Shown here piece after piece: positions 12,611 to 25,134 of a stretch of DNA of 64,000 nucleotides. The stretch is taken from the NCBI RefSeq assembly GCF_003918875.1, contig NW_025767088.1, positions 372,001 through 436,000 on the forward strand, given 5' to 3'. Within the stretch, counting starts at the first letter, position 1, and each line of letters begins with the position of its first letter. Under the pieces are notes generated by a model. The model was not told where the DNA came from. It made no database searches and saw nothing but the letters and a program-made list of their open reading frames with translations. Source of the stretch: Haliotis rubra (taxonomy: Eukaryota). Made by a program: the position numbers and the translations under genes.

Positions 12611-13270
12611 CTATACACAATGTTATGAGTGGGTGAGACACTTAAAATTTAAAGTCACCACACTGTTTTGAACGACTCCTGAGTTATATTAGACTGAGAC
12701 AAGATTATTTATGAACGGGTTTGTCTGGAGTACAAAGTTCATCCGGGATTTCCTCCCACATTCAACAGACCCGCCTTCTCATAACGGAAATACCGTATAA
12801 AACGGCGTTGAACGGTTCATACTCGTCAGCGTACGAGAGTATGTCACTCAATATTCTATAATGCTTTACAACAGAGATAATGATCACTCTTGATGACTGA
12901 CAATGTTGTCAAAGAAAATGGAAATATGAAACTATACTGAAAGAAACAAATAACGGAACATATTAAAGTACAATTGTTTCTATATTCTTTCCCAGGTTTC
13001 TTCACATACTTGCTATTGTACTGTGGGTGAAAGTCTGGGAGTATCTAGGGGCACAGTTGTACTTTCATGTGTTCCATATTGGTATCCATCAATATATCTG
13101 AGAAACATAGAGACCAATGTTTGTTATATCATGAATCGAGTTATGCATGCGGCAAACCAAATATCCATATGACGTTATAAGATCTTGTTATACAATAACT
13201 TACAAACGTAAACTTGAAGCCTGCGCATGGTTCCTCAAAACATTATTGGACTGGTACCCCTGCTTGTCGA

Positions 13271-13515
13271 GTGAGTGAGTGAGTTTAGTTTACACCGCAC
13301 TCAGCAATATTCCAGCCATATGGCGGCAGTTTGTAAATAATCGAGTCTGAACCAGACAATCCAGGGATCAACAGCATGACCATCGATCTGCGCAAATAGG
13401 AACCGATGACATGTGTCAACCAAGCCAGCGAGCCTGACCACCCGATCCCGTCAGTCGCCTCTTACGACAAGCATGGGTTACTGAAGGTTCATTCTAACCC
13501 GGACCTTCACGGGTC
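13271..13515 (-). mobile_element. SINE family B, full length
   Basis: TSD CCTGCTTGTCGA. Starts GACCCGTGAAGGTCCGGGTTAGAATGAACCTTCAG. Confidence 0.92.
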
Positions 13516-13570
13516 CCTGCTTGTCGAAGGAAATGAGACAAGAAAGCGGGTGATTAGGCTCGCTGACTTG

Positions 13571-13668
13571 GGCTCCGCTTCACAAAGCGCTACGATGATC
13601 GTAACTCCCATACTCTAACATAGACTTATGAAGGTCTTAGCGCTAAGATCGCTTTGTGCAAGTGGACC
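13571..13668. mobile_element. Harbinger-like MITE inserted in a diverged SINE B
   Basis: Inverted termini and the CTTAGCGCTAAGA motif shared with the 22508 element. Interrupts SINE B at GACTTG|GTTGA. Confidence 0.6.
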
Positions 13669-14508
13669 CAGGTTGATGGACGTCATCGTATCCCAATTTC
13701 GATGGTCATGATGTCAGTCACTGGATTGTCAGGCCCAGACTCGATTATTTACGGATCACGATCATATAAATGTAAATTGCTGGAAGCGGCGTTGAAGAAT
13801 ACACAAGCAAAACTTACTGTACACCAATCCGTAGTTGGTTATTTATATTTATTTAATTACACCTTCTGTTGTGCTTCTATGTCCCCAATGATAAATTACT
13901 GTTGCTTGTATTTATGACTTAATCAGTTGGTCTTGGTTACACGTGGTCCCAAGTCAGTAATGGTTCACCCGAAGCGATAGATCAGGTTTTCCTGGGCACA
14001 ATCCAACGCCCATTGCCACAATGCGCTGACCTAACACATTGTGTTTCTCGTATAAACCTACCTGTGGATGGAAAATATCTGTATATACTTGATGCAGCCG
14101 CGGTATGACGTCACGTGATGAAGCTGGCTTCAGACAGACTCTGCAACACAGGATGGTCCAAGGTGGAACACTGGTACCGTGATGAATGTCTACAGATTTT
14201 TCTGGGATACAGTTTCTCTTACTTTCAGCAGTCTGGAGATGGTTCCGTTGTGTCTTAGATGTTCCGAGCAAGTATCCGTAGTTGATCCGTTACTGACAGA
14301 CAACTTAAAGCCAATCGACAGCCACCAGCGTTCATAAGCATATTGGTGCTTCACTCACATCGATCGGGTGAATGGCAAGAGGTATAATGTTTTGGTATTG
14401 TAATGTTTGGGTAATGGATTTGGTATTTTACATCATTTTGTCGAGCAGCGACATTAACAATGATGACCTTTCAATCATATCGTTAAAACATATAACGTAA
14501 ATATGCTG

Positions 14509-14765
14509 GTGTGTGTGAGAGTGTGTGCGTGCGTACATGTGTGTGGGGGGAGAGAATGTGTTTGAGTGTGAGCGAGAATGTGTGTGTGCGTGTGAGAGAG
14601 AATGTGTGTTTGACAGGCAGATTGTGTGTTTGAAAAAGCGAGTGTGTGTTTGTTTGTTTGCGCGTGTGTGAGAGAGAAAAAGTGTGTATGTGTTTGTGAG
14701 AGAGAATGTGTGTGAGTGAGTGCCCGTGTGTGTCTGTGTGCTGTGTCTGTGTGCCTGTTTGTGTC
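14509..14765. repeat. Compound (GT)n/(GA)n microsatellite
   Basis: Dinucleotide-rich tract. Confidence 0.9.
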
Positions 14766-15142
14766 TGCGGACTGATTTTGAAAATGTATAAATATTTCAT
14801 GCGATTCCACAAACCATAAACGCCTAAAAGAACAGTCGCAAATTATCTGCCCAAACAGTTGAGCACAAAAGGCAAAATGATCATGAAAAATTATGTACAA
14901 CAGAAAGTCAGTGATGATACCAGGTGTTTAACAACACAAACTAAACCCATGAAGACCACATAACGTAAGCGCCATTAAACCAAAGACAATGGTACCATAG
15001 GGTAGATATTTATGCCTGGAACAGTTTGACGGAGGAACTGTTTGATATCAATTAACAAGTGTTTGATCACAAGAAACACTAGGCAGCAGCAGAATGGTTG
15101 ATTTTCAGACGACATTTTCGGTTCTTCGTAGTCTCGGTGTGG

Positions 15143-17220
15143 TCAGTGTTGTACATTGCCAGCATGAGCCTGATCAGCCAATCAGTGTTGTACATTGCCG
15201 GCATGAGCTTGATCAGCCAATCAGTGTTGTACATTGCCGGCATGAGCTTGATCAGCCAATCAGTGTTGTACATTGCGGGCATGAGCTTGATCAGCCAATC
15301 AGTGTTGTACATTGCCGGCATGAGCTTGATCAGCCAATCAGTGTTGTACATTGCCGGCAGCCAATCAGTGTTGTACATTGCAGGCATGAGCTTGATCAGC
15401 CAATCAGTGTTGTACATTGCCGGCATGAGCTTGATCAGCCAATCAGTGTTGTACATTGCCGGCATGAGCTTGATCAGCCAATCAGTGTTGTACATTGCCG
15501 GCATGAGCTTGATCAATAATCAGTGCCGGCATGTACATTGCCAGGCATGAGCTGTGATCAGCCAATCAGTGTTGTACATTGCAGGCATGAGCTGGATCAG
15601 CCAATCAGTGTTGTACATTGCCGGCATGAGCTTGATCAGCCAATCAGTGTTGTACATTGCCGGCATGAGCTTGATCAGCCAATCAGTGTTGTACATTGCC
15701 GGCATGAGCTTGATCAGCCAATCAGTGTTGTACATTGCCGGCATGAGCTTGATCAGCCAATCAGTGTTGTACATTGCCGGCATGAGCTTGATCAGCCAAT
15801 CAGTGTTGTACATTGCCGGCATGAGCTTGATCAGCCAATCAGTGTTGTACATTGCCGGCATGAGCTGGATCAGCCAATCAGTGTTGTACATTGCCGGCAT
15901 GAGCTGGATCAGCCAATCAGTGTTGTACATTGCCGGCATGAGCTGGATCAGCCAATCAGTGTTGTACATTGCCGGCATGAGCTTGATCAGCCAATCAGTG
16001 TTGTACATTGCCGGCATGAGCTGGATCAGCCAATCAGTGTTGTACATTGCAGTCATGAGCTTGATCAGCCAATCAGTGTTGTACATTGTAGTCATGAGCT
16101 TTATCAGCCAATCAGTGTTGTACATTGCCGGCATGAGCTTGATCAGCCAATCAGTGTTGTACATTGCCGGCATGAGCTGGATTAGCCAATCAGTGTTGTA
16201 CATTGCAGTCATGAGCTGGATCAGCCAATCAGTGTTGTACATTGCCGGCATGAGCTGGATCAGCCAATCAGTGTTGTACATTGCAGGCATGAGCTTGATG
16301 TGCCAATCAGTGTTGTACATTGCCGGCGTGAGCTTGATCAGCCAATCAGTGTTGTACATTGCAGGCATGAGCTGGATCAGCCAATCAGTGTTGTACATTG
16401 CCGGCATGAGCTGGATCAGCCAATCAGTGTTGTACATTGCCGGCATGAGCTGGATCAGCCAATCAGTGTTGTACATTGCCGGCGTGAGCTTGATCAGCCA
16501 ATCAGTGTTGTACATTGCCGGCATGAGCTTGATCAGCCAATCAGTGTTGTACATTGCCGGCATGAGCTGGATCAGCCAATCAGTGTTGTACATTGCCGGC
16601 ATGAGCTGGATCAGCCAATCAGTGTTGTACATTGCCGGCATGAGCTGGATCAGCCAATCAGTGTTGTACATTGCAGGCATGAGCTGGATCAGCCAATCGG
16701 TGTTGTACATTGCCGGCATGAGCTGGATCAGCCAATCAGTGTTGTACATTGCAGGCATGAGCTTGATCAGCCAATCAGTGTTGTACATTGCCGGCATGAG
16801 CTTGATCAGCCAATCAGTGTTGTACATTGCAGGCATGAGCTGGATTAGCCAATCAGTGTTGTACATTGCCGGCAGGAGCTTGACCTGCCAATCAGTGTTA
16901 TACATAGCATGTTTGAGATGGTTTGATCAGCCAACAAGTATTGTACATATCAGGTACGAGACTGTTTGATCATTCATTCAGTGTTGTCCATTGCAAGCAT
17001 GTTTGAGATGGTTTGATCAGCCAATCAGTGTTATACATAGCAGGCATCAGTTGGTTTAATTAGTCATTCATTGTTGTCCATTGCAGGCATGTTTGAGATG
17101 GTTTGATCAGCCAACAAGTATTGTACATATCAGGTACGAGACTGTTTGATCAGTCAGTCAGTGCTGTACACAGCAAGCACGAGATGGTTTGATCAGCAAA
17201 TCAGTGTTATACATAGCAGC
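15143..17220. repeat. 39-bp minisatellite (ATCAGTGTTGTACATTGCCGGCATGAGCTTGATCAGCCA), about 45 homogeneous units then degenerate units
   Basis: Direct tandem repeats, homogeneous to ~16900 and decaying to ~17220. Confidence 0.97.
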
Positions 17221-17731
17221 CACTTTCAAAATTTGAAAAGAAAATTAATGATAACCCAATGGAAACCGAGAGATGCATATAAATATTGATTATTGATTAT
17301 TGATTATAACGCCAAAACCGACATGAACAAAGACGTGTAATATATTGTCAGAACTGGCAATTAAAGCATTATGGTCGATATACACGTATGTATATATAAC
17401 ACATAGATCGCCAGTGACAGGTTGACAGCTGAATATAGCCTGACAGACTGACGAACAAGTGCAACTGACACTCGTACATGTCATCCATCATGAAATCTAC
17501 ATGATCACATCAAGTGACAAGCCACTGAGATGTAGGAAATAACCCAGGTCGAGAACCTTGATAAAAGGGCAACTGACTCAAATATACGACAATTATTCCA
17601 CAATGAGTCATCAATAAATAGAACAGATATTTCATTGAAGTAATGTAGGTACTGTTCTCAAAGCAGACTCTGAATCATCCACTGGTGACCCAGGTTACGT
17701 GACCCAACAGACCATTACTCTTGGTGACTGA

Positions 17732-17912
17732 GGGGCGGTAGGGTAGCCTAGTGGTTAAGGCGTTCGCTCGTCACGCCGAAGACCCGGTTCGATTCCCGAT
17801 ATGGGTACAATGTGTGAAGCCCATTTCTGGTGTCCCCGTGATATTGTTGGAATATTGCTAAAAGCGGCGTAAAACCAAACTCACTCACTCACTCACTCAC
17901 TCACTCACTCAC
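17732..17912 (+). mobile_element. SINE family A, full length
   Basis: tRNA(Asp)-like head (GTC loop), shared 3' stem-loop, (CACT)n tail. Confidence 0.9.
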
Positions 17913-17939
17913 CCAATGGCATCAAATACAGGCCAACAC

Positions 17940-18150
17940 CAGACACATTGTAACCAAACAAACACATTGTAACCAGACAGACGCATTGTAACCAAAGGAC
18001 ACATTGTAACCAAATAAACACATTGTAACCAAACAGACACATTGTAACCAGACAGACGCATTGTAACCAAAGGACACACTGTAACCAAATAGACACATTA
18101 TAACCAAACAGACAATTTGTAACCAGACACATTGTAACCAAACAGACACA
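17940..18150. repeat. ~19-20-bp tandem repeat (ACACATTGTAACCAAACAG)
   Basis: About 11 imperfect units. Confidence 0.9.
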
Positions 18151-18189
18151 ATTTATATGCCAAGACCAACGACCACCAAGAACATGAAA

Positions 18190-20080
18190 CACTGGTCAAT
18201 ATGAGTTATGTGTTAACATAATGACCACTTGGTCAGTATGAGTTATGCGTTAACATAATGACCACTTGGTCAGTATGAGTTATGTGTTAACATAATGACC
18301 ACTTAGTCAGTATGAGTTATGCGTTAACATAATGACCACTTGGTCAATATGAGTTATGTGTTAACATAATGACCACTTGGTCAGTATGAGTTATGTGTTA
18401 ACATAATGACCACTTGGTCAGTATGAGTTATGTGTTAACATAATGACCACTTGGTCAGCATGAGCTATGTGTTAACATAATGACCACTTGGTCAGTATGA
18501 GTTATTTGTTAACATAATGACCACTTGGTCAGCATGAGCTATGTTATGTGTTAACATAATGACCACTTGGTCAGTATGAGTTATGTGTTAACATAATGAC
18601 CCCTTGGTCAGTATGAGTTATGTGTAACATAATGACCACTTGGTCAGTATGAGTTATGTGTTACATAATGACCACTTGGTCAGTGTGAGTTATGCGTTAA
18701 CATAATGACCACTTGGTCAATATGAGTTATGTGTTAACATAATGACCACTTGGTCAATATGTGTTATGTGTTAACATAATGACCACTTGGTCAGTATGAG
18801 TTATGTGTTAACATAATGACTACTTGGTCAGTATGAGTTATGTGTTAACATAATGACCACTTGGTCAGTATGAGTTATGTGTTAACATAATGACCACTTG
18901 GTCAGTGTGAGTTAAGTGTTAACATAATGACCCCTTGGTCAGTGTGAGGTATGTGTTAACATAATGACCCCTTGGTCAGTTTGAGTTATGTGTTAACATA
19001 ATGACCACTTGGTCAGTGTGAATCATGTGTTAACATAATGACCACTTGGTGAGTATGAGTTATGTGTTAACATAATGACCACTTGGTCAGTATGAGTTAT
19101 GTGTAACATAATGACCACTTGGTCAGAATGAGTTATGTGTTAACATAATGACCACTTGGTCAGTATGAGTTATGTGTAACATAATGACCACTTGGTCAGT
19201 ATGAGTTATGTGTAAACATAATGACCACTTAATCAGTGTGAGTTATGTGTTAACATAATGACCACTTGGTCAATATGAGTTATGTGTTAACATAATGACC
19301 ACTTGGTCAATATGAGTTATATGTTAACATAATGACCACTTGGTCAATATGAGTTATGTGTTAACAAAATGCCCACTTGGTCAATATGAGTTATATGTTA
19401 ACATAATGACCACTTGGTCAGTATGAGTTATGTGTTAACATAATGACCACTAGGTCAATGTGAACTATGTGTTAACATAATGACCACTTGGTCAGTATGA
19501 GTTATGTGTTTACATAATGACCACTTGGTCAATATGAGTTATGCGTTAACATAATGACCACTTGGTCAGTGTGAGTTATGCGTTAACATAATGACCACTT
19601 AGTCAATATGAGTTATGTGTTAACATAATGACCACTTGGTCAATATGAGTTATGTGTTAACATAATGACCACTTGGTCAGTATGAGTTATGTGTAACATA
19701 ATGACCACTTGGTCAGTATGAGTTATGCGTTAAAATAATGACCACTTGGTCAGTGTGAGTTATGTGTTAACATAATGACCACTTGGTCAGTATGAGTTAT
19801 GTGTAACATAATGACCACTTGGTCAATATGAGTTATGTGTTAACATACTGACCACTTGGTCAGTATGAGTTATGTGTTAACATAATGACCACTTGGTCAA
19901 TATGAGTTATGTGTTAACATAATGACCACTTGGTCAATATGAGTTATGTGTTAACATAATGACCACTTGGACAATATGAGTTATGTGTTTACATAATGAC
20001 CACTTGGTCAATATGAGTTATGTGTTAACATAATGACCACTTGGTCAATATCAGCTATGTGTTAACATAATGACCACTTA
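18190..20080. repeat. 37-bp minisatellite (GTTAACATAATGACCACTTGGTCAGTATGAGTTATGT), about 50 units
   Basis: Direct tandem repeats with period 37. Confidence 0.97.
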
Positions 20081-20564
20081 TATGCTGTTTGATCGCATGA
20101 TGTTTGAGAACCATTGAATCTTCTTAAAGTTTAACTACATGTACAATCTTTATCAATGCATATGCTCTTTGGTCTTTGAAATAGAACTTTGGACAAAAGC
20201 TAAACGGATGAAAATATTTACTTTGGTTCAATCAAGCCATGTGTTCAAGCAAAGTACTCTTTAGCTATTTTTCCATTTAAAACAAAACTGAAAGGGTCTC
20301 GACGACCTTTGCTAGCCGCACAATCTGCCCGCTTCTGTCGATGATCTGGGCACATCTCCTTGACTGATCATGTCAGTCAGGTCATATGTCACGTCATGTG
20401 GTGCAAGGTTACTGACATGGGCACATGTACAGACGTACGATACGTCGACGTAAGGAGGTGTTAACTGACATTTATAGATAGCGTTGACAAGTGATTGGTG
20501 GGGGTGCACCGATTGTTTGCTTAGTGCATAAACTGACGAAGGAGATGGAATGGTGATGATATTG

Positions 20565-21420
20565 TGAAGCATATTGATGCAGTATCTGACATGTGAAACA
20601 TATTGATGCAGTGTCTGAAATAACGTTATTGTGAGACACAGTGATGGAATTGTAAAACATATTGATGCAGTGTCTGAAATAACGTTCTTGTGAGACACAG
20701 TGATGGAATTGTAAAACATATTGATGCAGTGTCTGAAATAATGTTATTGTGAGACACAGTGATGGAATTGTGAAACATATTGATGCAGTGTCTTAAATGA
20801 CGTTATTGTGAGACACAGTGGTGGAATTGAAAAACATATTGATGCAGTGTCTTAAATAACGTTATTGTGAGACACGGTGATGGAATTGTATAACATATTG
20901 ATGCAGTGTCTGAAATAATGTTGTTGTGAGACACGGTGATGAAATTGTAAAACATATTGATGCATGTCTGAAATAATGTTATTGTGAGACACAGTGATGA
21001 AATTGTAAAACATATTTATGCATGTCTGAAATAACGTTATTGTGAGACACGGTGATGGAATTGTATAACATATTGACGCAGTGTCTGAAATAATGTTGTT
21101 GTGAGAAACGGTGATGAAATTGTAAAACATATTTATGCATGTCTGAAATAATGTTGTTGTGAGACACAGTGGGGGAATTGTAAAACATATTGATGCAGTG
21201 TCTGAAATAATGTTGTTGTGAGAAACGGTGATGAAATTGTAAAACATATTGATGCATGTCTGAAATAATGTTATTGTGAGACACAGTGGTGGAATTGTAA
21301 AACATATTGATGCAGTGGCTGAAATAATGCTATTGTGAGACACAGTGATGGAATTGTAAAAAAACATACTGATGCAGTGTCTGAAATAACGTTATTGTGA
21401 CACATATTGGTGCAGTGTCT
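20565..21420. repeat. 57-59-bp minisatellite (ACATATTGATGCAGTGTCTGAAATAATGTTATTGTGAGACACAGTGATGGAATTGTAAA)
   Basis: About 14 tandem units. Confidence 0.95.
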
Positions 21421-22071
21421 CATATAATGTTATCAAGATCTATATCAGCTGCAAAGAAATGTAGTTTGTTTCTTATTCCTAGTGGTTTTACCAGAGTGGG
21501 CAGATTTGGAAATGGTTTTTTATAGAGACGATTCAAAACACAAATCCCAACACCACAACCTGTCCTTACAGGACTTCGAACGACCCTAACCAGTCTCGCA
21601 ACAACTTCCGTCAATGGCTTTCAGACGGCTTGCCCTCACATAGTTTATGTGTGGGAAGGATGTCACATGCCAGTCAAATATGACACCTGGTTATTTGGCC
21701 TTCTCTCCTACCTTGACAGTTGTACCATTTAAAAATACACCAGGACCATGTTAGGCTTGCATTGACATTTTTCGTCGGCGGTTTTGTGAATTTAGTGAAA
21801 ACATAGTACCTTCTAAATAATGCATATCAATACCACGGCATGGAATGTTGAAATCATCGAAAAAGGTGGCCCATCAACACAATTAGTGAGACTGTAAAGT
21901 TTTATACTAAAAGTGTGACAGATAGAATGCTGCCTTGGCGTACGCCATGATCTTGATTGAAACCATCAGACAGGGTGGAACCCCCTCATACTTCAAATTG
22001 TCTGTTTAAAACTTGAGATATCCCTCAAACTAAATTCATGCACATTTCTTAAATTACCTTGTAAGTAACAT

Positions 22072-22271
22072 GGGTTAACGCCGCACAGAAATATTCCAGC
22101 TGTATGGTGGTGGTCTGTAAATAGTCGACTGTCTGGACCAGACAATCTAGTGATCAGCAGCATGATCGATCTACGCGATGTGGATGCAATGACATGCAAG
22201 ACAGCGAGCCTGACCACCCGTAGCCAAGCATTGGTTGGTGAAGACCAGTTCTAACAACTATCTTTACGGGT
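22072..22271 (-). mobile_element. SINE family B, diverged
   Basis: Body match with internal deletions. Confidence 0.72.
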
Positions 22272-22300
22272 ATATTGAAGTTAATTCTTATGTTCATCAT

Positions 22301-22408
22301 GAGTGAATGAGTTTAGTTTTATGCCGCTTTAAGCAATATTCCAACAATATCACACCGGGGGACGCCAGAAATAGGCTTCACACATTGTACCCATGTGGGG
22401 AATCGAAC
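22301..22408 (-). mobile_element. SINE family A, 5'-truncated
   Basis: Family A body and tail up to the B-box. Confidence 0.8.
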
Positions 22409-22507
22409 TATAAATACTCGTCATAAACACTCGTGCTGTTTATCTAAATTTTACACATACATGATTTACTACGCTACTAACCATGATGAAATTACTTTAA
22501 AGACCTG

Positions 22508-22613
22508 GGCCTAGATTTTCGAAGCTCTCTTAGCGCTAAGATAGTCGTAAGTTAATGTTAATGTATAGCACTTACGACTATCTTAGCGCTAAGAGAGCTT
22601 GAAAATCTAGGCC
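22508..22613. mobile_element. Short palindromic Harbinger-like MITE
   Basis: ~45-bp near-perfect inverted arms (GGCCTAGATTTTC...CTTAGCGCTAAG...). CTG/CAG flanks. Confidence 0.8.
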
Positions 22614-23253
22614 CAGTTTCCTAAGAATGCTGATGCTGTAACATTTCTAGTTGTAAAGACAATCTGTATAAAACAGTCTCCTGAAAAACATCTAGGGTGA
22701 TAAACCTTTGAGGCCTGCATCAATTCACTTTCTCCAAGTTTTAATAACAGAAATACTTTTGAAATACAAATTCACTCACCTATACTTCTCTCGTGACGAA
22801 CGTCATTGTAATCAGATGAGCGAGTGACCTTCACCCTTCTCATCAGGAAGTGTTCGTGTAACTGTTCAAATCAGCTCCGTTACAAAGGACGCTTACAACA
22901 TCAGATGACATGGGGTACGGCACAGTGTCATTGTTGTACTTCACTGTTATTAAGTTAAGTCAGGAATCTGAGCAACATGATATGTTTGCCTAGCAGCATA
23001 AAGGCACGAGATGGTTATCTCTATTTCGTGTTCTCACGAACCCCGAACCTGAGTAAGCTTACATTCAACTCTGACAAATTTTGTCGGTAGGTCGAATGAA
23101 AATTTAAAGATAAATTACTCCAAATAAGATTTGAGACTTTGAGATTAGTAAAACAATAAACGCAAGGGTTCACTGATTTTGGTCCTCTATCATGGAATTT
23201 ATCTGCATCGTCCTGTTAGGGGTGTAAAAGGTACACTGATGTGTTTATTAGAG

Positions 23254-23497
23254 TTAGTGAGTGAGTTTAGTTTCACGCCGCACTCAGCAATATTCCAGCT
23301 ATATCGCGGCGGTCTGTAAATAATCGAGTCTGGACCAGACAATCCAGTGATCAACAACATGAGCATCGATCTACGCAACTGAGATACGATGACAAGTGTC
23401 AACCAAGTCAGCGAGCCCGACCACCCGATCCCGTTAGTCGCCTCGTACGACAAGCATGGTTACTGAAGATCAATTCTAATCCGGATCTTCACGGGTC
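23254..23497 (-). mobile_element. SINE family B, full length
   Basis: TSD GTG(T/G)TTATTAGAG. Starts GACCCGTGAAGATCCGGATTAGAATTGATCTTCAG. Confidence 0.92.
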
Positions 23498-23906
23498 GTG
23501 GTTATTAGAGACTGGGCATGTAACAGAAACCGTGAACACATTTACTACACTCAGTGCGTGTAAGGAAATAGGTGTTACACTGTATTACAAATGTATCAGA
23601 GACCCTGTGTGCTTCTAGACGAAGTGTGTACAGAGACACAGTGTTTGCGAGAAACCGTACTCACGGGTATTACAGACCCCGAGTAAATTAGAGACCTATG
23701 TATTTATCAGAGACCCAGTGAATATTAAGGACAAAATGTGTAGTATAGACTTACTGTGTATTAGAGTCCTGGTGTGTATTAAGGATGAAGTGCGTATCAG
23801 AGATCAGCAATGTATTATACACCAGGTGTATACTGGAGACCCGACATGCATATGAGACCCGGTATTTGTTAGAGGTCTGTTTTATATTTGGAACCAGGTG
23901 CTTACT

Positions 23907-24073
23907 GACTGACTGACTGAGTATTGTTTTATGCCGCTTTTAGCAATATTCTAGCAACATCACGGCGGGGGACACCAGAAATGGGCTTCACACGTTGTAC
24001 CCATGTGGGGATCCGAACCCGGGTCTTCGGCGTGACGAGCCAACGCTTTAACCACTAGACTACCCCACCGCCC
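23907..24073 (-). mobile_element. SINE family A, full length
   Basis: 13-bp TSD CCAGGTGCTTACT (23894-23906, 24074-24086). (CAGT)n tail. Confidence 0.92.
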
Positions 24074-24141
24074 CCAGGTGCTTACTAGACATTTGGAGCG
24101 TTTATTAGAAATTTTAAGTGACCCCATGTCTACTGTACACC

Positions 24142-24700
24142 CATTCTCTTCCCCACAGAGGTTACTCCTGTCATATCTTCCTACGTAACCTCTGTTCTAA
24201 TACGGCCCTTTCATGGTGTGAGCGTTCAAGACTCGTGATTGGAGGCAATCAGATTTAGTTGTGCAATCAGCGACGTTGTTTCAAAAGTGATCATTTGCAA
24301 GGCCTCGGTAATTTCCGTATGCTTCGAGAAAACTAAGCTTCTTCCCCTGCGCGATGCGCAAACGTTTCTTCTAGCCAGAACTCAGTCATGTTATGGCGGA
24401 TCAGTGGCGTCTCCATCGCCCTTTTAGACAACGGACAAGCTAGCCTTTAAACGTCTTGTGTGTAACATCAACACAAGTCCCCGGCAGATGGGGGATATTT
24501 GTGGCCCCACATTTGCTTGTGTTAGTCAAGTTGAATCTAAGTCGATGTAACACGTGTTCTGATTGGATAGAAAGAAGGGAGATAATTCATGTTGCGATCC
24601 TTTGCTGCTAGGGGGATTTTACGAGAACCGGGAAATATGGCCGTATTAGAACAGAGGTTCGTAGGAAGATATGACAAGTAACCTCTGTGGGAAGAGAATG
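24142..24700. mobile_element. MITE with ~65-bp TIRs and 9-bp TSD (Mutator-like)
   Basis: Termini CATTCTCTTCCC.../...GGGAAGAGAATG. Perfect TSD CTGTACACC (24133-24141, 24701-24709). Confidence 0.9.
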
Positions 24701-25134
24701 CTGTACACCCGACATGTATTAGAAATTTTCCTAATTTTTACCTAACGTCCATTGCAGGACATACGGTACACTAAATATATGTATACACTTCATCCGTTTC
24801 CTGGTTCGAAACGCTGAAGAGTGTGTCTGCACACATTCATAGCCAGGAAAATGAAATAATCTAGTCCCACTGAACACAAGTTTATTTGTGTAATGATAAT
24901 TCTAGTATCAAAACCATGCAGGAAAAACTGTGTGAAGGAAGTATTTATTTGTTAAAGTAAGGAAAATGTGTTTATGGTGTTTTTTACACGTGTAATCGTA
25001 TCAAAGAAAAATATTTTCAAACTGGTAGCTCACCTGGCCAAGGTCAAAGTACGTACCTGCTTTTCTGGCATCTATTGTGCTGGACATCGACCAAAAACAT
25101 CTTTGCTATCTAGAAGATGCAGAACTGACTTCAG

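Noticed and set aside
15079-16969. Long ORFs (up to 471 aa) on both strands
   Set aside because: By-product of a 39-bp (13-codon) stop-poor tandem unit. Open in several frames and on both strands, with no signal peptide, splice context or synonymous bias.
18190-21420. Possible CRISPR arrays
   Set aside because: Units are contiguous tandem repeats with no unique spacers, there are no cas genes, and the context is eukaryotic.
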